This document shows positions 12,369-21,694 of a stretch of 64,000 nt of DNA, one piece after another. Numbering within the stretch: position 1 is the first letter of the stretch; each line of letters starts with the position of its first letter. The DNA is from Scyliorhinus canicula. Taxonomy: Eukaryota. The stretch spans positions 434,001-498,000 of the forward strand of contig NC_052172.1 of NCBI RefSeq assembly GCF_902713615.1, given 5' to 3'. The translations under genes and the position numbers were made by a program. A model generated the notes under the pieces. The model worked only from the letters and a program-made list of their open reading frames with translations. It was not told the DNA's origin and did no database searches.

Positions 12369-14089
12369 CTAATCTGGAATGTGAGACTAAATTTACTTCT
12401 GTATCTGTCAGGCTTGTGCACTTTATCTGAAAGAAGTTTCAATTTTTGGCTGTCTATCCAGGGTGCTGTATGGAGGCATGAGGTGAATTGTGTACCTGTC
12501 AGTCTATGGAAACTGAACGTGAATTTGAGATAAATTCTGTATTCTAGTTTCCGAATTATATATGAATAAGCAGCTCATTGATGTCAGTGTTGGAAGTGAG
12601 TCGAAAGTTTCCATTAGTTCTGCAATTAGTAACTGTGGTCCTGAACCATTCTGTACACACCATTCTCTGGTACTGTACAGAGATACTGTTTTCCTTCTGG
12701 AACTGTCACTGGTGGTATTGTGTGTAAATGCAGGATTTACTCTGGATTTACTCTGTCATTCTCTGATATTGTGTGCGAGGGATTTCTTCGGTTTCTGTAT
12801 TACTCTGGTGAAGTGAGAACATGTATGTATCTTTCTGTGCTGGATTTCAGTTTCCTCCAATGTGCAATAATGTTGTCTTCACTCTGCCTTTGTCAGTCTC
12901 TTGTCCTGTGTCCCTGGTGTTGTGTATAACTGTGGAATTCTGCTGCACTGCCACATAACGAATATCTGAGACAATGTGTTGCAGTTAATCTACTTAAATT
13001 TTAACCAATGTCATACCGTGCAATTTAATCTAAGGATGTGTTGCTTTTGCCCTGAGCTAAATGTGTCCAACTCACAGGTGTACAAGGTTGGAGAGGAATG
13101 AATACAACCTCCCTCATAACTGCTCTGTTTGACTCATTTACTGAAAGGTTGCCTGGCAACATTTGTATCTGTGTATGTCTCTAATTGTATTTTTGTTAGA
13201 CTGTAGACCTAATGATCTGGCAGCATCTGTGTGCTGTATGAGTGACACTGTACCTATTGTGTGCTGGAAACAGCTCGCTGAACCTCACCTTCTGTCGACG
13301 AATAATCTGTTTTTGTCATTGTTTTCCGTGCATAAAGAAAACGTAACTCCGATATCTAAAGAATAGGTGAGCTGGAAGACAGAAATGGAATCAATATATT
13401 TTTCCCAATAATTATTGTAATGAACAATCATAAAAGCGAAACCAGCGGCACATCTAGTGGCTTTTCACAGTAACTTAACTGAAGCCCACTTGTGACAATA
13501 AGTGATTATTATATTACATAAGTGTAATATAATGCACTGCAGCAATCTGTTCCTGCTGATCTGGTGTTTTGAGCGATGTTACAACAATTTTCAGACATTT
13601 ACACAGAGTTCATCACTGTTGCTCAAGTTGGACAATGCGATGGAGCAGTAACTTTGGGAGGGTCAGATTTCTCTTGGCAATTCACTTTGAACTTACTGTG
13701 CAACCGGAAACAAGCAGATACTGTTTAAAATAGAACATTGTCACTTCTCAGCTGGAGCCTGGTTGAGGGAGAGAAAGCAGCAATGATCCTCAGCAGCGAG
13801 AGCTTTTGCCCCTGTCCACACAGTGGGTGAGAATTGCTTCTCCTTCCCCCACACTGACTCCAGTTCCGGGAGCAGTTCCTGGTCCAGGGGGCAGATCCCA
13901 AACAGCGGCTGCCTCCGCCTGATTGTCCGGCCCAGTGCTCAATGCCATTCTCTGAGGCAATGGGCAGCCACCATTCTAAAGCCATGCGCTGCTGTGAACA
14001 GATGCTGTTTGTTCACTTCCCGGTGGGGCAGTGATGTCTCCGACCGCTGCTGAATGAAAGCCCATTCCGCTCACTGGCTCAATGGAGCT

Positions 14090-14443
14090 GAGAGACAGTG
14101 TGGGGGAGGGGCTGTGCCTGTGCACTCACCCTCAGGCTGACAGGCAGGGGGCGGGGTTAACCCGGGCATGCGCAGATTCATGTGCAGCAATTCCGCATTG
14201 AGAATCAATGGGAATATTCCCCATTTCACTGTCATTACATTTGCAGCAAAACCTCCGATAGAGCCCGTGTTGGGGGGACTGTGTGTGTGTGGGTGCAAGT
14301 GGCCCTGCGCCCCAGGGCTCAACCAATCACATTTGTAGCTGTGTGTTTGTCCCAATGAGATATTCAATTTGCAGCCATTGCCTGCAGCTTGTTTCTTATT
14401 ACACTGCCATTCAGCCCCTCAAACTCACACTTTCTGCAAACTG
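14090..14443 (-). promoter_or_regulatory. Multi-copy promoter module, uninterrupted copy upstream of gene A
   Basis: GC box GGGGCGGGG (~14147), GCATGCGC (~14166), AGAATcaatgGGAATATTCC (14201-14220), two CCAAT (~14323, ~14352). Homologues at 17635-18165+26371-26530, 32220-32575, 35770-36299+44912-45070 and reverse 55453-55800. Confidence 0.6.
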
Positions 14444-14882
14444 ACAGACGAGACAGAGGAAAGTGAGGGAGGACCTGGGGGGGGGGGGGGGGGGGGGGGG
14501 AGAGCAAGGTGATGTAACAAAACCCAGCAAGAAAGAATGGGGGCAGCAGTGAAGAATAGGGGGAAGGGAGCAAAGGGGGAGAACAAAAAAAGGGAGCCAG
14601 AAAGGGGAATGGAGAAGGAAACAATAATGGGGGGGGGGGAGCACAGGGGGAGACGACAGTGGCAGCAACCACAGCACGGTGAGGGAACACGAAGAAAAAC
14701 GGGAAGGGGAACGAGCAATAACCCAGTTAGATGGTCGGTGAAAAGGAAAGAGAGGGGAGGAAAGACCACACCCATCCGGGTATATTTCCCAGAGCCTGTG
14801 TGTTTTGTTTTGTAAGGTACCTGTATCCACAACGTGGACAAAACTGTGTTTACAGCAATTATTAAAGAAAAGGGAGAGTATC

Positions 14883-15886
14883 GGGGGGGGGGGCGGGGGG
14901 GGGGGGGGGGGGGTCCAGGGAGAGGGGAGCTCGGTGGGTCAGGGAGAGGGGAGCTGGGCGGGGGGGGGTCAGGGGTCAGGGAGAGGGGAGCTGGGCGGGG
15001 GGGTGGGTCAGGGAGAGGGGAGCTGGGCAGGGGGTTGGGTCAGGGAGAGGGGAGCTGGGCGGGGGGGTCAAGGAGAGGGGAGCTGGGCGGGGGGGGTCAG
15101 GGAGAGGGGAGTTGGGTGGGGGGTCAGGCAGAGGGGAGCTGGGCGGGGGAGGGGGGTCAGGGAGACGGGAGCTGGGCGGGGGGATGGGGTCAGGGAGAGG
15201 GGAGTTGGGTGGGGGGTCAGGCCGAGGGGAGCTGGGCGGGGGGAGGGGGTCAGGGAGAGGGGAGCTGGGCGGGGGAAGGGGGTCAGGGAGAGGGAGTTGG
15301 GGAGTGGGGGGGGTCAGGCAGACGGGAGCTGGGCGGGGGGATGGGGTCAGGGAGACGGGAGCTGGGCGGGGGGATGGGGTCAGGGAGAGGGGAGCTGGGC
15401 GGGGGGATGGGGTCAGGGAGAGGGGAGTTGGGTGGGGGAGGGGGGTCAGGGAGAGGGAGTTGGGGAGTGGGGGGGGTCAGGCAGACGGGAGCTGGGCGGG
15501 GGGATGGGGTCAGGGAGAGGGGAGTTGGGTGGTGGGGGGGTCAGGGAGAGGGGAGCTGGGCGGGGGAGGGGGTCAGGGAGAGGGGAGTTGGGTGGTGGAG
15601 GGGTCAGGCAGAGGGGAGCTGGGCGGGGGGATGGGGTCAGGGAGAGGGGAGCTGGGCGGGGGGCGGTCAGGGAGAGGGGAGCTGGGCGGGGGGATGGGGT
15701 CAGGGAGAGGGGAGTTGGGTGGTGGGGGGGTCAGGGAGAGGGTAGTTGGGTGGTGGGGGGGTCAGGGAGAGGGGAGCTGGGCGGGGGAGGGGGTCAGGGA
15801 GAGGGTAGTTGGGTGGTGGGGGGGTCAGGCAGAGGGGTGCTGGGTGGGGGGATGGGGTCAGGGAGAGGGGAGTTGGGTGGGGGGGA
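14883..15886 (+). repeat. G-rich minisatellite, ~30-33-bp unit GGGGTCAGGGAGAGGGGAGCTGGGCGGGGGGA (second copy 33016-34019)
   Basis: About 30 tandem units visible directly; the Gly-rich ORFs in all plus frames are by-products. Confidence 0.95.
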
Positions 15887-16112
15887 ATAGGGAGGATTGT
15901 TTGCTGAGCAGACGGCGACAGCCTGTTATTAGAGAAACCTGAGAAGAAGCCTTTGTGTTCAGTAAAATAAATGAAAACAAACGGCAATGTATCTAATTTC
16001 GAAAATGCTGAAAAGATATTTTTTTTTTTTAAAAGTGTGTAAAAACAGAGGGGCGTGCACAACAAGAATGTGTGTAAACTAGTGGAGCTTCGAAACGATT
16101 GGAAGTGGATCA

Positions 16113-16610
16113 AGCAGGGGTGTGCATTAAGCAGGAGAGTGCATCAAACAGGGCAGTGTATCAAGCAGGGGAGTGTGTAAAGCAGGGGAGTGTGTAAAGC
16201 AGGGAAGTGTGTAAAGCAGGGAAGTGTGTAAAGCAGGGCAGTGTGCAAAGCAGGGCAGTGTGCAAAGCCGGGCAGTGTGCAAAGCCGGGCAGTGTGCCAA
16301 GCCGGGCAGTGTGCCAAGCCGGGCAGTGTGCCAAGCCGGGCAGTGTGCCAAGCGGGGCAGTGTGCCAAGCGGGGGAGTGTGTCAAGCGGGGGAGTGTGTC
16401 AAGCGGGGGTGTGTGCAAAGCAGGGCGGTGTGTAAAGCAGGGGAGTGTGTAAAGCAGGGCAGTGTGTAAAGCAGGAGAGTGTATGGAACCAGAGGAGGAT
16501 GCACAACAAGAGTGTGTGTAAAATGAGGAGTGATTGCAGCAGTTGAGTGTTCAAACCAGGGGAGTGTGTTAAACTAGAGCTGTGTGAACCAGGGGATTGT
16601 GTAAATGAGG
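16113..16610 (+). repeat. 17-bp minisatellite GTGTG(T/C)(A/C)AAGC(A/C/G)GGG(C/G)A (second copy 34245-34740)
   Basis: 17-bp period; the ORF-track starts are staggered by 17 nt. Confidence 0.95.
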
Positions 16611-16611
16611 G

Positions 16612-16775
16612 GATTGCCTCACAGCGGCAGGTTCCAAGGTTCATTTCCCGCTTGGGTCTCTGCCTGTGCAGAGTATGCACGTCTTCCCCGTGTCTGCATG
16701 GGTTTTCTCCGGATGCTCCGGTTTCCTCCCACAAGTCTCGAAAGACATGCTTGTTGGGAGACTTGGATATTCCCC
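16612..16775 (+). mobile_element. Old tRNA-SINE fragment (paralogue on - strand at ~57040-57205)
   Basis: TGCCTCACAGCGGCAGG...GGTTTTCTCCGGATGCTCCGGTTTCCTCCCACAAGTC. Confidence 0.75.
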
Positions 16776-17221
16776 CAATATTTAGCTTTGAGACTTGTCT
16801 CAGTTCAAGCTCATGAATAATTCTGTTCTTTTCAATCAGCAGCACTGACTTTTTACTAGCACCTAAAGTTCACAACTTGTGAGATGAAAGAGCTTCCGGA
16901 TATCTTTTAATCCAACAAAGTTACAAAGAAGTGCAAATGGATACTTCCACATTGATTGCTCAATCTATAAGCTAATTAATACTATACTGGTTACTTTATA
17001 GATGAAAAGCTGTCATAACAAGTTGATCCAACGTTCCATGATATGGAGTAGGGGTGAATTGTGGAAAATTATCCCACCTGCCCTCTCGTGTATCACTGTT
17101 GGATTGGACATGTTTATCTGGGAGTTGAGGTCAATGTAAGTGTGACTGCTTCTGTTCCCTGTGACGGTGGAGCTGATGTTGTGTCTGTGTCTCTGCAATG
17201 TTGGATTAATATTGTACTTAC

Positions 17222-17632
17222 TGTCAGTTAGAAGGAGACGGCTGCACATTCATGTTGCTGAGGAATCATCATCTTGTTCTGGGAACTCATCTCTTCATCA
17301 GTTGAACTAGGGGGAAGAAAGCAAATCTCTTGTAAATCAGGGTCAGCTGAGGCCAATGAGAGATCAATCAATTCTTTCAACTGATAATCAGTAAAAGAAA
17401 GAAATAACTCTCCAAACCCTAGCCCAGAATCAGACAATAAGCCAGGCCCAGAAAGAGCTCTCCCTTCCCCCCGCTCACTCCAAGTCCCGGAACAAGATGG
17501 GGCTCCCGCTGCGCCTCTTGCAAACAGCCCCCGATTCTCCCTGAACTCCCCCCGAGTCAGTAATGATCTCTGAGCCTCTTTGCTCACACTCCCAAATGGA
17601 TGAGCTGCTGCAATGAGAACGCTGTTTCCTCG
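17222..17632 (-). other. Putative 5' exons of 'gene B' (exon 1 ends 17479; exon 2 17380-17222; possible exon 3 acceptor at 15938); second copy ~35354-35765
   Basis: Donor GGA|GTGAGC, 98-nt intron with branch-like TACTGAT and acceptor TTATCAG, donor ACA|GTAAGT; all conserved in the paralogue at 56023/56121/56271. Confidence 0.55.
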
Positions 17633-17694
17633 CTGGAGGGGCTGCGCATGCGCTCTTACTCAGAGTGACGACAGGCAGGGGCGGGGCTACACCA

Positions 17695-18032
17695 CGGCAG
17701 CATTGTGGATAGCACAATGGCTTCACAGCTCCAAGGTCCCAGGTTCAATTCCGGCTTGGGTCATGTCTGCGCAGAGTCTGCACATCCTCCCCGTGTGTGC
17801 GTGGGTTTCCTCCGGGTGCTCCGGTTTCCTCCCACAGTCCAAAGATGTGCAGGTTAGGTGGATTGGCCATTATAAATTGACCTTAGTGTCCAAAATTGCC
17901 CTTAGTGTTGGGTGGGTTTACTGGGTTATTGGGATAGGGGGAGGTGTTGACCTTGGGTAGGGTGCTCTTTCCAAGAGCCGGTGCAGACTCGATGGTCCGA
18001 ATGGCCTCCTTCTGCACTGTAAATTCTATGAA
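17695..18032 (+). mobile_element. HE1-like SINE inserted in the promoter module, 7-bp TSD (second copy ~35829-36165)
   Basis: TSD TACACCA at 17688-17694 and 18033-18039; absent from the paralogous modules at 14150-14170 and 55720-55750. Confidence 0.9.
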
Positions 18033-21000
18033 TACACCAGACATGCGCAGATCACCGCAGCAATTCAACATTGAGAATCAATGGGAATATTCCCCATTTC
18101 ACTGTCATCACAGATAGAGCAAAACCTCCGATATAACCCGTGTTGGGGGGACACTGTGTGTGTGGTTTTATAGGGTTTAACAACTGTAACAATATTGTTG
18201 TGTTGTTTTTTTTGGTATTTTGTGAGTGATGACCTGCTGGGCTTATCGACACGCAGCAGGATTAAAACCCTGCATCCGCCGACTATCCTGGCCTGTTGCA
18301 CAGCGTGACAACAATGTAAAAGAACAAAAATTATCTGAGGGACAAAAGCTAACCGCACCCTGCGAAAATCAGGGTCGATAAGGCAGCCCAACCCAACGGT
18401 GCCCACCGAGAATGCAAGGCCTCAAGTGTACCCGTGGTCACCGCATGCTACAGGTCCAGGGACACATGGCCGCGAACAGGGCCGCGGAAGAGGGGCAGAC
18501 AGTCAGGCCGGATGACACCCTCGGTCGCCCGCTAACTGGACCTATCAATGGCAAGTTTGGCCAGGCCCAGGTTCACAAGGAGGCCCTCCACCTTCCACCC
18601 TCCCCCCTGCACCGGATGTCCGTAGGTCAGGAACGTGGAGCTAAAGTGCAAAGACAAAAACAACAATGTCGTCAAAAAACTAAAAAGGGAATGCAGCCGA
18701 GGACAGACAACATACACATGCTCCACGGTCTCCACCAGGCCGCAAACGTGACAGGTCTCTGGGGAGGCCGTGTGGTAACTTTACCTACGGTTGCACGGCA
18801 CTGCCTTGTGCAGCTCCCTCCACTCCAGGTCCCCAAATCTGACAGGGAGGACGCCTCCGTCGAGGGACCTCCAGCGGAATGTCCGCCGCTGGACGGCGGG
18901 CGAGGGCAAGGAGGTGGAAAGTGTGCAGCAGGAAACCCCTCTGCGCGGTGCTAAAAGACACAGGAGGTGATTCCGTGAGGCGGCTGGGGTTGTGGGGTAC
19001 AGCAGGGATCCGCTCAGACGGGATGCTACGGCACAACTGCGCCCTCTCGAGTCCAAGTGTGCCCACGGGGCCGAGCACGACCATTTTGAGGCCTCAGATG
19101 ATTTTGGCCGTGTGCTGCATGGTCTGCGCCCAGCGAGCTCGTAGGGCATCACCCAGTCCAATCCTCTGCCACCCTGCACATCCCTGCTCCTGGTCACCCC
19201 GGCATCCACAGCCCTCCACTCTGCCAGGCAACGGAATGGATATTGGCGGAGGTGCAGATTCATGAGCAGCGGCTCCCTTACGATAGCAACTGCTCCTGAG
19301 GGGGGGGGGAGCTGTGGCACGTGGCGACCATATTCCAGACTTTGAGAAGGTCCTGGTGCAAGACGGGCAGCACCAACAAAGAATTCTGAAGACTTTGCTG
19401 GTCAGCGAATAGGGGTAGCAGATTCGAGGTCAGGTCATGTACCTGGCGGAAGAAATACGTCACCACAGCACACCATCGTTGAGGAGGCTCAACGTACAGG
19501 TATAACTACAGAGTCTGAAGGGGGAAAGTCGTGATGTGGGCACACCAGCGCCTGACCGCCCTCCGCTATTGGGAGACTCAAGACCTCTGCAGGGACCCAG
19601 TGCAATCCATTGTCCCAGAGGAACCGAATCAGAGTTCTCTGTATGTGTGTGACAAAGACAGGGGGAAGGGGCAAAGTGACCAGCCGGTACAACAGCATGG
19701 AGGCTATCAGCTGGTTTATGATGCGAAATCGACCCCTGTGGGACAGCACTCATAGCAGTCCTGTCCAGCGTCCCAGGCGAGCGGTGACCATGGTCTCCAG
19801 CTCCTGCCAGTTCGCCGGCCAAGCTTCCTCTGCCGGGCAAAGATGGACTCCCAAGTAGAGAATGTTGGTTCAAGGAGAGGATGTTGGTCGAGCTCCAGCT
19901 GAAGGGCCTGAGCTCCTCTGGGAGGGGGTTCATCTGCCACGGACCGACCAGGAGTCCGGAACATTTAGCCCAGTTGATCCGAGCAGAAGATGCGGCGGAG
20001 ACACAGCCTGGCACTCTCGCATCCTCTGCAGGTCACCGGGGTCAGTGAACATAAGGAGCATATCATCAGCGTAAGCCAAAAGGACCACTGCCATGCTCGG
20101 CTCACGCAGAACCAGCCTCGGCAACCTCCTCCACAGGAGGCGCAGGAAAGGCTACACGCAAAGAGAATTATGTTGGCCGGACAAGGGGCAGCCCTGACGC
20201 ACTCCTCTCCCAAAGCGAAGGGGCGCCGTCAAGGACAGGTTAACCTTAATCAGACACTCCGAGGCAACGTACAGTAATCGGATCCGGGCGACAAAGTGCG
20301 TCCTGAACCAGAAGGCTCGCAGAGGCCCGAGCAAATACTCGTGCCCCACCCTGTCGAACGCCCTCTCCTGGTCAAGAGGCAGGAAGGCGCTCAACATACC
20401 ATTCCTCTGGGAATGATGGATGTCCCGGACCAGATGGATATTATTGTAAATGGTGCGGTTTGGGACGGTGTAGGACTGGTCCATGTGGTCCAGCACAGGG
20501 CCAAGGCACAAAGACTTGACCTTGGCAAATATTTAGTAGTCTGTGCTGAGGAGGGAGACCGGTCTCCAGTTTTTGAGTCAGCGGAGATCCCCCTTCTTGG
20601 GCAGCAGGGCAATAACGGCCCTGCGCCAGAAAAGGGGAATCTCCCTGTTCACGATGCATTCCCCAGGACCCCCATATAGTCGCTCCCCAAGACGTTCCAG
20701 CCCTGGGGTCTTGCTCCTTGACAAGCTGTCAAGGGCACCGGTCAGCTCTTGAAGATTGATGGTATAGTCGAGCCTCCCGACGCCCTCCGGGCTGACCTGC
20801 GGCAGGTCCTCCCACAGATCTCGGCACGCGTCCTCGCTACACGGATCCGGAGTAAAGAGGTCAGAATAAAAGTCCCTGATTAGGGTCCTGACCCCCTCCG
20901 GATCCGAGACGAGGGACCGTCGCGCCCAGCAGTGAAGAAATCTGCGTCCTCTTTCCAGCGAGTAGAAGAAGGGGGAGCCGCAGTCCATGTCTGTCAAGAG

Positions 21001-21694
21001 ATGGATCCGCGACCTCATGTACGGGCCATGGGACGCGACAAGTTCCAGGTTCCGCAGCGTGCCCCTCAACTTGCTGTACACCAGCCCCAGGGCCGGGTCC
21101 TCATCGGGATGAGCCAGACGTGATTCCAGATGGAAGACTGCTTCAGCCAATTTGGCGATCGTGGATTTCCGCTCTGCCGTCGACCCCTTTGTGTCCCTCT
21201 GACAGAAGGCGCGGACATGAATCTTGCCCACGTCCCACCACAGCCTCAAGGAGGGGAAGCCATCCCGTTTCTTTCTCCAGCCGGCCCAGAAACGGAGAAA
21301 CGAGTCCAGGAACCGCTCGTTGTCCAGCAGCGTGTTGTTAAAGTGCAAGTATGCGGACCGTGCCTGAGCGCGGGACGGGCCGAGCCCCACCCACACCAGG
21401 TGATGATCCGAGCACGGCACCAGCTCCAGAGATGCCGTCGGAACGCTGGGCAAGTACGTCCTAGAAATGTAAAGACGATCGATTCTGGACGCTCCGAACA
21501 GAGGGCCCACAAATGTGTACACTGCGATTCAGGATGGAGAGTTCGCCAGACGTCCACCAAGTCGAAGGACCTGTTCAGGTCCATTAACATCACCACCGCC
21601 TGTGTGCTGCTCTGGACTCCACTACAGTCCTTGTCCTGGAGGGTGCAATTGAAATCCTCTCCAAGGATGATGCACTCGCCCAAAGGGATGGTGC

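Larger units (their letters stand above)
9928..14050 (-). other. Putative 4-exon spliced transcript 'gene A' (lncRNA or 82-aa micro-ORF); exons ~14050-13859, 13720-13697, 13355-13289, 10015-~9910
   Basis: Donors GGA|GTCAGT, ACA|GTAAGT, AAG|GTGAGG; acceptors TTCTATTTTAAACAG, TTCCATTTCTGTCTTCCAGCTCACCTATTCTTTAG, TTGCTCAGCTCAAATGTATAG; AATAAA at 9933-9928; promoter module directly upstream. No expression evidence. Confidence 0.45.

Noticed and set aside
14805-15942. Gly-rich ORFs of 276-361 aa (and duplicates at 32938-34075)
   Set aside because: All three plus frames are open because the G-rich minisatellite lacks stops; no codon or domain signal.
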